Assembly (NCBI GenBank): GCA_964019335.1
Contig: OZ025676.1
Coordinates: forward strand, 62,001-126,000
Direction: 5' to 3'
Length of the DNA: 64,000 nucleotides
Origin: Diplonema japonicum
Taxonomy: Eukaryota; Protista; Euglenozoa: Diplonemea
Within the stretch, counting starts at the first letter, position 1; each line of letters opens with the position of its first letter. The translations under genes were made by a program, and so were the position numbers. The notes below the pieces were generated by a model, which worked only from the letters and a program-made list of their open reading frames with translations, searched no databases and was not told the origin of the DNA. Shown piece after piece: positions 39,667-51,851 of this stretch.

Positions 39667-41589
39667 CTAAACATACACAACCTTACGTCTCTTCGGGCCT
39701 CGCTCCCCCTCGTCCTCGCTGTCCTCGGTGTCCTCATCGTCATCGTCGGAGCGTGCTTCAGGTGCGTCGTCATCGGCGCCAGCCGCGTTGGTGTTTTTGA
39801 GCTGCTGGGAGATAGCGTCGGTGGGCTTTACGTAATGGATGAAGAAACGTTTGTTTTTCTTTCCGTTGAGCCACATCCTGTCGAAGTAGGAAGAACCGTA
39901 GTCAGAAGGCACGTCGGTGGAGATGGGGATGCCGTTTCCAGGAGGGAGCGACGAGTAGTATAGACCGTCTCGAGACAACTTCACGAGCTTCAAAGCGGTG
40001 AAGGCGGAGTACAGTGCGTGGTCACTCATCATGGTGACAGCGCCGCCCGTGACTAGCGTTCCGTGCACACTAGTGAAGAAATCGTCGTCGAGCAGGTTGT
40101 ACTTGCTATCCATCCACCCAGGAGGCTCAGGGTAATTGATGAACAAGTCTTGCACGTTCGCGCCACACAGCAGCCTCAGTGCCTCCCTCGCGTCCCCACA
40201 AACCAGCACCAGGTTGTCAGGTTCCATTTCCGCCCCCAGTAGCTTCCTGCGAGTCCATGCATGGTACACTCTGTCGGGACGGATCTCCACACCTATCCAG
40301 TTGGCCTTGTCCCTCTCAGATGCTGCCCGTTCCACCACCCACTCACCATGCCCACTGCATACTTCGACACGTAGTGGCAGCGAAGGGTTTTTGAACAAAG
40401 CTTTCAAATCCAATTGTTTCTGCGGCAGCATAATAACCCTAGGATCATCCTTGTACTTCGTTACACCCTTCGGCAACGGCGACAACTCGGTGACACCAAG
40501 CAAGACGTTGTCAAGCCTCTCGATCTCGGCAGCAACCTCCCTGTCGCGCAGCCTGTTGAACATAGCAGCTGAGACCGACCTGTTGCCCGTGTCCTTGAAC
40601 CCTAGCGATGATGTGCCTGTGTCCTTTGCCGACGCCAAGGCAGCCTTGGCCAGGTCTGTCTCCCCGAGAATAACGCACGACGTTGCGAGCGCCACACATG
40701 CCGCTTGGTTCACGTGGTTTGAGATGAGGTACTTCGCAGCTTCCTTAACCATGCCATCTGACGACATGGCCTTGATGAGGTACTCCACCGAGGAGGTGTT
40801 GTGTCTTGCGTCGAAGCAGATTTCGTCAAGCTTGGCCATGGTGAGCTGCACGCTGCGGCCGTCGGTGTTTCTCATGCAACCACGCAGCAGGGTCGCGGCC
40901 ATACGGTCATTCGGCATGATCTTCCACTTGTCGTGCATTTTGAGAAGCTGGGTGGTGGCTTCCTTCTGCATCCCATCTCCGCAAAGACCCTTCATCAAAG
41001 CAGTCATGACCACCTCGTTGGGGGTGACGCCCCACTTTTCCTCAGAGTCTGTCACATACTGCAATGCAGCAGGTACGTCACCGCACCTCACACATGCATT
41101 GACTATACCGGAGAGAGAATACACAGTAGGGGTTGTGATCTGCTCGAGTCGTTCAAGGGCACGCAGTGCGTAACCCAGCTGTTTCTCACTACCGTAGTCA
41201 GAGATGGCTTTGTTCAGCGGTCCTGCTTCTCCATACTTCTGCGCGTCGTTCGATGCGCGCTTTAAAACATTCTTGCTCTTATTCTTTCTCTTCTCTTCGT
41301 CCTTCAACCCCTTCCTGATGTCACCGTCCAGCTGCATCACCTCGCTGTATTTCCACATGCGGTACCTCCTCCCATCAAAACCTTTCGTCTTTACTTTGTT
41401 GAATACAGGGATCACATTTGCAAACTCCAGCTTTTCTTTCTTCTCTTCTTTCTTACCAAACATCACTGCCTTTTTCCCTCCGAAGAACACAACCTTGGCC
41501 TTAGCGTCCTCCTCCGCTGCTTCCTTCTTCTTTACAGGCTTCACAGGGACGAACGCGGCCCCCCTAGGCACCTTCCCCATCTTACCCAT
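39667..41589 (-). CDS. PPR-repeat protein fused to a TrmB-like tRNA (m7G46) methyltransferase domain
   Basis: PPR: PTVYSLSGIVNACVRCGD, PNEVVMTALMKGLCGDG; TrmB: VEVCSGHGEW, NWIGVEIR, INYPEP, MSDH, SYFDRMW. Confidence 0.88.
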   Translation of the reverse strand: MGKMGKVPRGAAFVPVKPVKKKEAAEEDAKAKVVFFGGKKAVMFGKKEEKKEKLEFANVIPVFNKVKTKGFDGRRYRMWKYSEVMQLDGDIRKGLKDEEKRKNKSKNVLKRASNDAQKYGEAGPLNKAISDYGSEKQLGYALRALERLEQITTPTVYSLSGIVNACVRCGDVPAALQYVTDSEEKWGVTPNEVVMTALMKGLCGDGMQKEATTQLLKMHDKWKIMPNDRMAATLLRGCMRNTDGRSVQLTMAKLDEICFDARHNTSSVEYLIKAMSSDGMVKEAAKYLISNHVNQAACVALATSCVILGETDLAKAALASAKDTGTSSLGFKDTGNRSVSAAMFNRLRDREVAAEIERLDNVLLGVTELSPLPKGVTKYKDDPRVIMLPQKQLDLKALFKNPSLPLRVEVCSGHGEWVVERAASERDKANWIGVEIRPDRVYHAWTRRKLLGAEMEPDNLVLVCGDAREALRLLCGANVQDLFINYPEPPGWMDSKYNLLDDDFFTSVHGTLVTGGAVTMMSDHALYSAFTALKLVKLSRDGLYYSSLPPGNGIPISTDVPSDYGSSYFDRMWLNGKKNKRFFIHYVKPTDAISQQLKNTNAAGADDDAPEARSDDDDEDTEDSEDEGERGPKRRKVVYV

Positions 41590-41680
41590 GATACTGTGTG
41601 TAATAAAAACGAAAAGAGGCACAGGTGTGTGAATGGAATGTGGCGGGGTTTGCCTTGGAAAAGGCACTTGGGGCACTGAG

Positions 41681-44600
41681 CTAGTAATAAATGGGGAACC
41701 TTCCTGGGACCTCATGGCGGATTAACTGGTATCCAGATTGGCGCACCTGTGTTAATAATGTGGTGTTTTGTTAACAAGGCAGCAAACCCTTGCGTTCACA
41801 ATGTGAATGTTTTTCAAGGACAGCTGTATCTCTTCCTTATGTGACCCGTGCACTGTGTATCGGATGCCGTAGGCCTTCTCGAAGTAAGACAAAGCGTCGC
41901 CGTACAAGCCCTGTACAAAAAGTAACCGTGCTAAGCCATCTAAAGCATAGCAACACCCCAGGCTCTGTGCTTTGCCTGCGATCTCATATGCTGCCAGCGT
42001 CTGCACATAGCTTGTCTCTGCCTCCTTAAGCATGTGCTGCTTTTCGTACACTGTAGCTATCTGACTGAGTATCATCCCCAAGTGCGAACATTGCACAGGT
42101 GTCATGCGTTCGGCTGCGAGCCTGTTCCGCTCCTGTACTTCTGCCTGCTTCAATTGAGAGCTGGGCTTAAAGAGGTTTCCCAGGAGGAAGTGCATGTTTT
42201 GGCTGTCTACAATGGCAAGCGCCTTCGCGAAATGCCTGTGCGCCATGTCGTACTCGCCCACCACGTAGCACACCTCAGCAAGGTTGAGTATAGGGTACAC
42301 CGTGTGGCCGTCCCATTCACCGAAAGCACGCTGAACCTTTTCTACCATTTCTTCGTATTCCGCTACCATCTCGGGTCCTGCAGGCACACCAGTCAGCAGG
42401 AGTGTCTCGATGTGCAACTCATACATTCGCTGCATTGCACCTGAGTTCCCAGGGCTGCCGATGACTTCTAAGTTGCTTGTGTTCAGACATTTCTTAGCAC
42501 TCACATAGTTACTCAAGGCGTCCCCGTACAAACTACGCTCGAAGCACAGGTCGCCCAATAGTTCGAAGGTGACAGCCGTCTGTGGGTCCCACGCCACTTG
42601 CTTCTCATGTTGCAAAGCTTGCTGCAGCAAATGCATGCACTCATCCAGTAGTTTCTTGCGGGGGTGCTTCTCCCTCTCAGTAAGAGATCTAGCTTTCTTG
42701 AGCAAAGCACCAGCGAGGCTGCTCCTCACACGGCACAACAAGGGATGTGCAGGGGTAACAAGGTTAGCAAGTTCATTCTCACAGCTGCGAAGTTGCTCGA
42801 TGCCTTCACGTATGTCGTCGCCTTGCGACACCTCAAGGCACGCCTTCAGGGCGGTGAAGCGGTGCATGTCGGTTCGTCTTTTGACTGACTCAGCAGCCTT
42901 ACGAAGACACGACAGGGCACCCTGTTCGTCGTACTTTGACTGCACCAAATAAATGCCGCCCATCACCATCTGTGCGTAGCCTGTAATCTGTGGGTGCTCC
43001 GCTTCTGCGAGCTGGAGTGCCGCCTCAGCGTGTGACATTGCGTTCTTCCACTCACCCATCTCCCGGTGAGCGTCTGCCAAGAAGAGATGCGATTCCACTA
43101 TGTGGGGTGTCCTGTCGCCACTTTTCAGGAGCAGCTCATGAGCATCTTTGTGCTTCCGAAGACCCTCTTCCTTGTGCTTGAGCACGTTGCTCTGCCGCAT
43201 GCAGTACGCAAACATGTGCAGCGAATCAATGGTACGCACATCGCTTGTAGAAAAGACAAGACAGCTGGATGACGCAGCCATCTTTGCTACCTCGCATGCT
43301 CTGTTGTGGCGGTGCTCATACGCAAGGCATTCGGCAAGGAAGAGATATGCCTTTGCGCATAGCGGGTGGTCTATTCCGTGCAAGGATTCAAACACCACCA
43401 CGGCCTTCTCCAAGACCTTCCGTGCGTCCCTGTACGCCATACACGACACATGGTAGTAAGCCAGCTCAAGAATGGCCAAAGCGTACTTTTCCTGTCTTAA
43501 GGTGAGCTCATCGGTGGGCTCTCCCGAGATAGACTTCGACCTCTGCATGGGTGGCGCTGTGTCTACAGTGCTCTCCTGGTCGCCGATGCCGACATCTGAG
43601 GCAAACGTGTCAATGACACGGCGCAGCACCTTCACACATTTCGACGTGTTCACTACACCACCCCATGAGCTGTAGATCTTCGCGAGCTGCTGCAGGTGCG
43701 GTACAGCCTCAAGTCCCTTGCTCTCCGCCATGCGCTCCAATGCAGCCTTCTCACTTTCAGGCGTCAAATCGATATCCTCACCTTGGCACAACGAAGTGTA
43801 CCTGTGACCGAAGATGATCTCCAGAGAGCTCGTCCCTAGTAACTTCCTCAGCGACTTGTCCTGATGCCCTTTGATCCTGGTGCGCTCTCTCAAGAAATGT
43901 ATGTTGCCTGGCGGGAATATCCACCCAGAAGGCTGTTCGTCCTCTACAGCAGACAGCATGGCCACGGTCATATTCTGCCGGGAGGTTTGTGACCGCCAGT
44001 CTTTGGGTTTCTTGACGTTCACGGCACCGGGCACTACCATGAGCTTCAAGGTGAGTGGCGGGGATGTCTTCACTGTCCCGTCGTGCACGGCAGCGTTGTC
44101 GGAGAGCGTGACGGTGACGAGTGTAGTGCCACCGAAGTGGTATGACGGTGTGAAGAAGAGGGTCCCCTCGCAGTCGATGGTGGGCAGGCCGCCTTCATAA
44201 AATACTTCTGTAGTGTGCGCCCAGACGCTGTAGCAGAGGGCCTGGTCGACGCCTGCTTCGGCGTGGTCGGGGTTAGTGGCGAAGTTATGGATGACCTGCG
44301 GGCCCGCGCTCTGCCTGACCTCGAGAGTAGCGGGAATGCAAAAGCGAGGCGTGCGGACAGGCGTATCGGTGAAGTCGGGGACAGCCTTGTCAAGATCGAG
44401 CTTCTTAAGATTGGGGACAGAGCGCTGGGAAGGAGTCAGCTCGAGGATGGTGCAGCCATCGTTACGTGGTGGGCGCTCTAAGGCAGGACTGGTAGGGCTC
44501 AGATCCGGAGCTTTCTTCGGAGACTTGAAAACTGTGAGGCTGAGAGGTAGCATGGTACTGCCCAAGGGCGGGGACTGGGGCGACATGGGTGGGGAAATAG

Positions 44601-44841
44601 TGTTGCCTAACGTCTTAAAAGGATTCTGTTGCTGCACGCGTAGCCCTGCCGTGGGCAGCATAACTTGCCTCATCTGTTTTTTTACCATCACCGCCCTCCC
44701 TGCCCCACCCACAGCAGGCGGCGACAGAACCTTTTTTGCCTTCACGCTCCCAATGTTGTCGCTTTGCGGGCGGAGTTTGCAGGACTTCGGCGTGAAGAAT
44801 GCTGGGGCATTTTTGTGTTTTATGGCCTCGAAGGGTTCCAT
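41681..44841 (-). CDS. TPR (kinesin-light-chain-like) repeat protein with one bacterial-type Ig/cadherin-like domain
   Basis: Multiple TPRs (LHGIDHPLCAKAY, HPLLCRVRSSLA, ALSYFEKAYGIR); probable 41-nt GT-AG intron 41747-41787 extends the CDS to a stop at 41681. Confidence 0.85.
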
Positions 44842-45099
44842 CTTTCTGACCTGCTGTGTGTAGTAAAGGGGTTTACCAATGAGAGTAATGATGATGTGAA
44901 TGAAGTATAAGATAGTAAAAAAAAAAAAAAAAAAAGAGAATAAAGTATAAAGGAACATATCGAAGAAAGTTGGAACTTACTGAACCGAAATATCGTCGCC
45001 CAGGGATGGGGTGTGGGGGGCACCACATTTCATTCACCGCACAATTCCTGAGTGCTGGCTATCTAAGCAATTGACCCGAAAGACTTTTTCGTTTCTGCA

Positions 45100-47980
45100 G
45101 CAAAAAATGAAATAAACTATTCTTTTAAGGTATGTTTTTTTGCGCTCACCGGCCGTGCTGCGCAAATAAATAAAAATCATTCCTAAGAGGCACTGCATGC
45201 TGGCCTTCTTTCTGAAAGTCTTGGTTGTTGTTTTCGTGCAAAACAGTTTACAGTTCTCTCTCGCAGCAAAAAAAAAAACTTTTTTTGATAATTACAATGA
45301 CAAGTGTTTCTGTTCATCATAAAAAAAAGGGGGGGGGGAAGACGGTTTCAGCATTTTCCATTCTTGCTGTTGGTCACTTATTCGCTGCTTGTCACAACAC
45401 AGCCCAAAATTAAAAGGCAAAACAATTGCTAAGGTGAAATAATTTAAAAAAAACTTACCCGGTAATTGATCCAGATGCCCCGAAGACCCTTACAATAACT
45501 TTTAAAAAAAAACTTTTACAGGAGGGGAGGGTTCGGTTTTCTTTTTCTTTCTTGTCCGGCGGCCGGACGGAAAGAACCCTCATAGGGGCTAGCAATTTTG
45601 TTTCGAGGCAGAGCTTCTAGAAAGGGAAAAATAAAATGGGAGAGAGAAGGAGTCGAGTTCTGTGCCAAGGAGATGCCCCCCCCACACCCCCTTCCCCTTT
45701 AGCACGGGGATTAGGCGCCTGCATCATTCTACAGTTCGCCCATAGGAAAGGACTTTGTCAATGCGACTTCAAGGCAGTGTTATCTGAGCGCAAAAATAAA
45801 AAATAAAAAAAGCCCTTTCGCCCTAGAGGCAGTGCATAGTCTATGAAAAAAAAGGAAGAAAAAAAAAATGGAAAAAAAAAGCTTAATGGGATAGGACAAA
45901 GCCCTCTCCCGCTGATTCGCAAAAAAAAAAAAAAAAAAAAAAAAAAAGTGGAAGACAACACAAATTGAAGAGAGAAAAAAAAGCCGAAAAAAAAAAAAAA
46001 AAAAAAGGAAGAAGAAAAAACATCATCCTGCAAAGAGGGTGTGGTCCTTTTTTTTTTTTCTTTTTTCCCCCCTCCTTTTTTTTTTCTTTCTTAGTATATG
46101 TGTGTGTGTTACAAAAGAGGGTGTATTTTCTTCTTTTTCTTTTTGCCTTTTTTTTTCGCGTTAGAAAATTGATTCACAAATAAGAAAAAAGAAAAAAAAA
46201 AGAGAAAAATAAACCCCCCCCGAGTTGACACACAACGTGCCTAGCGAGTGTGGTGAGGGTATCGTAGATTGGTCAAAAAACATTGATTCACTTTGTTGAC
46301 CTCATTCCCCCCTTTTTTTTTATAATTCTATGTTTGCGTAGTGATTCACTTCACTTCTTTCGCCCCCCCCCCCCCCCCCCCCCACTTTGCTGACAAAAAA
46401 AGAAAAAAACAAAACAAAGCAAAATAGTGGTACTTAAAATCCCATGAAACGTGTTGCCCCCTCCCAAGAAATATATTCAAAATTATAAATCCTTCTCGGG
46501 GTGGGAAAATAAAATTGTACTATAGTAGGTACTCACACAGGTTGAGAGTCCCAACAAAAAAAAAAAATCGTCTTTTTTGCTTGTGGCCTTGTGACACAGC
46601 CGAAGGCATTCTTTTTCTTTTTTTAAAAAAAAAAAAAAAAAGCCTTTATGGAGGGGGAGAGAAAGAAAAGAGAGAGAGAGCGTACCCAGTCACCAGCTTT
46701 TTTTTTTTTAAAGATCTACATTCCATTTTCCCAAAAGAAAGAAGAAGACGAAAAAGAGAGAGAAGAAGAGAAAAGATAATATCAACAGACATGAAAGCGC
46801 AAAAGCACTTCGCTGATACCACCCTATTTTGCCGTTCCACCCTCCGGGTGGGAACACAAGAACCAACTACGGCAAGAACTCAGCGTGCACACAATCGGCG
46901 TGACCTTCCGCTTCGTGCTGCTAAAATTAAAAAAAATCACTCACCATCTACCTACCACGTTGTTGCCGTCCCCACAAAGAGGTATATGGGATAGGGGAGA
47001 GTGGGAAGTGTAGAAGTATAGTAGAAGTATATTCAAAGAAAGAACACTGTAAAATCTCTTATTTTGCTGCCCCGCAAAAAAAAAAAAAAAAAAAAAAAGT
47101 TCCTTTTTATTTGGAGTCTCTTTGCATCTGTGTGGGGTGGGGGTGTATAGTATGTGCTACTGGGGTGCGTGCTAGAAAAGGTAAGGCTACACCAATAATG
47201 ATTTGCCTCGCACCCAGAGGGCTGGGGGAAGAAGAAAAAAAAAAAAAAAAAAAAGACCAAAGAGTCCAAAGGAGCCAAAAAAAAAAAAAAATGTCCAAGA
47301 AAAAAAATTATTTTCTTTTTCCGGACAAGAATAATAAAAAAAAAAATAAGAGCATTACAGCATGAGAAAAAAAGAGGGACGAAAAAAAAAAAAGAAGGAG
47401 GGAAAAAAAAAACCCCTTCAATCTAGTTTCAGTTACTTTGTGAGGGGGAATATCACCTGAGGTACCGAAAGCTGTGGGTGCCATCAGCAGGTATGCATCT
47501 CCCCCTGCAAGAAATACAGCAAACAATGGCCTGACATATTTTATATCCAAGCCCTGTAAGGGGCGAAAAAAAAAAAAGAAAGAAAGAAAAGAATGACAGC
47601 AGCGGCTCTACCATTAAATTTTACAACGCTTCGGATTTCTAATTTGAATTGAAGCCGTTTTTTTCTTCTTCAAATGATCCTTTTTTTTTAGAAAAAAAGA
47701 ACCTTCAACGGCCGGTTCGATGTTGCATTTCTTTCTGCAAAATACACCTAACTCCTTGAGCCCAAAATAAAACCCGAAGCGTAAAAAATTCACCGTGATG
47801 GAGGAGGGGGGGGAGAGAGAGAGTAGTGCAAGGAAAAAGAGAGGGCTACCTGTAAAAAAAAAAAAAAAAAGAAACTTAAAATAAGAATGTTCAGAACATA
47901 CAGTTTTCTCTTCTCTTCTTCGTTCTTTCTCTCCACCCACCCCCGCGAAAGAAAAAAAAAAGAACAACTTTGATCTGTAT

Positions 47981-48015
<35 letters not shown>

Positions 48016-48080
48016 AATACCAGAATAGGCAAGTTATTATTATTTTTTTTTTTTTTTCTTGTTCTCTTCCCAATCCCTAT
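45100..48080. repeat. Homopolymer-rich (A/T/G/C run) low-complexity intergenic region
   Basis: Dense poly-A/T runs; ORFs here are poly-K/poly-F artefacts. Confidence 0.8.
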
Positions 48081-48088
48081 TTTTTTTC

Positions 48089-48703
48089 TCATCGCAAAAA
48101 GTCATATGTGTTGGCGAAATACCTAATAAGATACTGGATCTTGCCGATGGTGTCGGGCAGAGTAGTTATTGCGTTGCTCATTGATTCTTTCGTGTGCTTG
48201 CCGACAGGGGAATCCTCTACTGAAACAGTGGAGGGAGTGTGTCCGAGCCGCCAGGATTGCACAATTGTGATGGACTTGTCCAGAGGGTGCTGGTCCTTCT
48301 CTAGGGTAACCCCGAATGTGGAGAGCTCCCCTATGAGCAGCTTAACTCGTGTAGAGGCTGTGGCAACGGCTTCCTTGCCCACAGAAGGACTGCCTTTTAT
48401 CGTCCAATACATGCTGATTGCCTTGCTCATAAGGTCTTTAGCTTCTTGTTGCAGACTTAGCAGTGAAAGTACCCCTCCCTTGCTGCTCTCACTATTTGTC
48501 GCACTCCGGTCCCTCTCGAGATGCCCGTAAAATGTTTGTGCGTCTTCCAGTTCTTCCGTTTCCTCCAGCTCCAAGCCCTCCCCTAGGTCAGACTCTTCTT
48601 TGCTCTCGCACTTCACCGCGTTCATTTCAGCACCTTCCTTGTTGAAGGGAGAAGCCAGGTCTTCATTTTCTACTTGTTGCTTCCCCACACAGCACTGACC
48701 CAT
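48089..48703 (-). CDS. Hypothetical protein with N-terminal acylation-like motif
   Basis: MGQCC; normal-complexity 204-aa ORF embedded in low-complexity DNA. Confidence 0.65.
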   Translation of the reverse strand: MGQCCVGKQQVENEDLASPFNKEGAEMNAVKCESKEESDLGEGLELEETEELEDAQTFYGHLERDRSATNSESSKGGVLSLLSLQQEAKDLMSKAISMYWTIKGSPSVGKEAVATASTRVKLLIGELSTFGVTLEKDQHPLDKSITIVQSWRLGHTPSTVSVEDSPVGKHTKESMSNAITTLPDTIGKIQYLIRYFANTYDFLR

Positions 48704-50013
48704 TGCTACCTATTTCTGAGTTTCTTTTTTTTTTTTTATAAACGCCCAAGTGGGCGTTTTTTTTTTTTTTTTTTTTTGTCCTTATTTCAAAATTTGATTT
48801 TTTCGCTAAGTACTTTCTTTTTTTTCTTCTTTTTTTTCTGGAACACGATTCCCGTACTTCAAATGAATTCAGATTGTCAAAATAGCAGCGACAGCGTGAG
48901 TCTCCCCGACTGGTCAGATAAAGAAGACGGGGGGGAAATACTCCCAAAGGCCCGAAACGTTTCATTTCCGTGAAAAGGTGGGCTCAGGGCGGCCTCAAAA
49001 AGTCTCCAGACTGACCTCAATCCTAGAGTCCAGGGCACCAAATTGGGCTGAATGCTGCCCTTTTTCCCACGTTCACCCTCAACCCCCCTCTTGCACTCAT
49101 AGTTAAGTGTTTTCATCTGATTCAGGCAGTTGGAATTGAAAATTTTAGTAATTTACCCTTTCCTTCCCATGGTTGCATGCTGCCCTTTTTTTCTTGAGGA
49201 GCATTCAAAGCATCAATGTAAATGGTGTGGCACCGTAGATAGGCTCCAGATGTTTAGGGGATATTTTAGAAAAAAAGAAGAAGAAAAAAAGAAAAAAAAA
49301 GAGGGAAACACGTGTAAAGGGGGGAAAAAAAAGACATGGGCAAGAGGGGAGGGGGGAAGAGGCAAGGTCAAGGATTGTCTTTTGTTCTTTTTTTTCCCTT
49401 TGAAAGGAGATGGGGGGAAAGAAAAAAAAAATAAAAATAAGAAATGAGAAAATAATAATAATAAAAAAAAAAAAAAAAGACTTCTTCTTTTTTTTCGTGT
49501 CCTCCCCCGCACACGAACTGTTGGAGAAAAGAAAAAGAAAACGAAAACAAACTCATAGTAAAAGACAATCCCACTTAAGGAGGACAGCCTCTTGTGGTGT
49601 GAGTTCCTATCTATTTATGCTCCCCTTCTGGAGCATAGCCTTCGTTCCTATTGTCGCCTTTAAAGCTTCTCGTAGTTTTGACACGCGTTCTTTCTTGTAT
49701 GTCCCTTTCAACTCCTGTAGATTTTGCGCTGTCTGTCTTGATGCGAAGATCGGTCTCCTGTTAAAGCCTATTGCAGCCTTGCCTCCGATCGCTGTGAGCG
49801 ACTTGACCCTCTTTGCCCCGTCCGCAGGATCTTATCCGTCTCGTTCTGCCCACTGCGTTGGCTCTCTCCAGAAACAAAGAAGGGGAAAAAAAAAAAGAGA
49901 CATACTTGAAGGGGGAAAGAAAAAAAAAAAAGAAACGCAGGAAAAGTAGGCCAGGAAAAACGAGGAGGGATAAAAAAAATAATAAGACTCATTTATTTTT
50001 CGCAACACTGAAA

Positions 50014-50224
50014 CAATTAAACCAACTGGAGAGTTGTGGGAGGCTTGCTTCACTGGCACGATGCCGCGGGGAGGCTACTTGCCTGACCTGGTGAAGCCAC
50101 CTCCTTGTTCGATGCTAACTGGCCCACGTGTACGGCTTTAGAACGAGAGTTTCCCTTTCGCTTGTGTTTCTCCAAACCACAATTACCAGGAACCACTACA
50201 GGGAGGTTGGAAACATTGGTCCCC
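50014..50224. mobile_element. Dispersed SINE-like repeat, internally deleted copy of 56729-57015
   Basis: Near-identical to 56729-57015 apart from two internal deletions (33 and 41 nt). Confidence 0.75.
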
Positions 50225-51315
50225 CCCCCAAAAAAAAGAAGAAGAACAAGGGGCTATTATTGTGTCCTTTCCGCGTTATTCTTTTTATGCCCGACGTTTC
50301 AAGTATAGAGAGAGGAGAGGCAGAGGAAAAAAAAAAAAAAAAAAACACAGCCATGTTGATATCAAATCTAACTACCGGAGAACTCTTAATTTTGTCCGAG
50401 AAAAGTATCTCCGAAGAAAAAGAAAAAAAATAGTTCGGGAAAGTTGTGTCTTTCTTTTTTTCTGTTGTGTACGGGGGACCACGTTCAAGTTCTGAACGAA
50501 TTTCTTTCTGTTCTGAGCCTTTTTTTTTTTTTTTTTTTTTTTTTCGGGTCACCGCCCCTTAAAAAGCTCGAAATTCGTGTTTTTCGGAAACGCACCCCTG
50601 GGTAAATTATACCCGAAAATTCCACCCAGATGCTAAAAAAAACAACTTTCCGCCGCTATTTGGGGGGTTTTTGTGGACTTCTATGTGACGTATTCACAAT
50701 TTTAATCTTAAGCGACTTTGGGGTGGTTAAGGTGGTTTTTTGCGCCTTTGTGTCACAAATGTACAAGATTTCTTTTTGGCCTAATTTCATCCCTTTAACC
50801 CCCCCCCCCCCCCCCCCTCTTTTATTCATTCTTAAAAAAGAAAAAAAAGAATAAAAAAAAGGAGAGTAACGGGGTTGTGTTTATCACGCAAAAACAGAGA
50901 GAAGAGTAGAGAAAGAGAGAGAAAGAGAAGATTGAGGGAGAAGGGCAAAATATTCCAACTGAGTGCGCCGACATTGCGGCTCCCGAAGTTAGAGCAGGGA
51001 GACTCTTTTGTTTCCTCTTCTTGGGCTTCATGCCTTGACGTGTGAAAATTAGAACTGAGAAAAAAAAAGGGGGGGAGGGTATCAGCTCTTCACCGGGGTT
51101 GGTACTACAGCAATGCAGTGAATTTATCTTTTTTTGTTTTTTTTTATCTTCTCGGTTAAAGAGAGATCAAGTATTTCTTGCAGAGGGTATGTACACGGCA
51201 CCTTCACAGCACCAGTCTTCCTCACAAGTCACAGAACTCTTTAACCACAGACCCGAGTATTATACGGCCAGGTGGAGTGTTTTTTTTTTTTTTTTTTTTT
51301 TTTTTTTGGGAAAAA

Positions 51316-51689
51316 CACTGTTCACGGTAAATAACTTTTTTCCACCGTTTCCTTAAACCTAAAATCTTTTTTTCCACCGCTACTGTAACCAATGCAAAAA
51401 AAAAAAAAAATCCAAAATTTCGAAAAACTAAAAATGGGAAGGTTACTAACAATAGGAAGGTTTCATGGGAAAATGGAAAAAAAAGTTATAGGTTACCGTA
51501 CTTGGTGGAAAAAAAGTTCCAATCATACATGGTTTAGTGGAAATAAGATTAGGTTACTGTGGACAGTGGAAACCTTATTTAAAAAAACTGTTTTGGTGGA
51601 AAAAAAGTTCCAAGTTACCGTGAATAGAGGTAAAAATTCTGCTTACAGTACTTGGTGGAAAAAAGTAATTTGCTTACCTGTGAACGGTG
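51316..51689. mobile_element. MITE-like element with ~30-bp imperfect TIRs (CAC...GTG) and internal GGTGGAAAAAAAG repeats
   Basis: Left cactgttcacggtaaataacttttttccacc vs reverse complement of the right end caccgttcacaggtaagcaaattacttttttccacc; no clear TSD. Confidence 0.65.
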
Positions 51690-51851
51690 TTTTCTCTTTT
51701 TCTTTTTTTAATGCATTTTTCTTTTTTTTTTCCCCGGGGTAGGATGTTGGCAGGAGTCCTCTCCCAACGTACTTTACTATATGTGAAATCCCGTCTTTGC
51801 GAAATTCCGTGCTTTTAGGAGTTAAGAAAAAAAAAAAAATAATAACTATTT

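Noticed and set aside
19-44910. Numerous plus-strand ORFs, some long (e.g. 18732-19778, 40136-41173)
   Set aside because: Antisense shadows of real minus-strand genes; no recognisable motifs.
47420-47555. Normal-complexity island that could be an orphan exon (LDIKYVRPLFAVFLAGGDAYLL)
   Set aside because: No convincing partner exons or homology recognisable.
51470-51670. Spaced GGTGGAAAAAAAG repeats superficially like a CRISPR array
   Set aside because: Short, irregular repeats inside TIRs, eukaryotic context, no cas genes.
45225-51742. Poly-Lys/poly-Phe ORFs
   Set aside because: Translations of homopolymer tracts.
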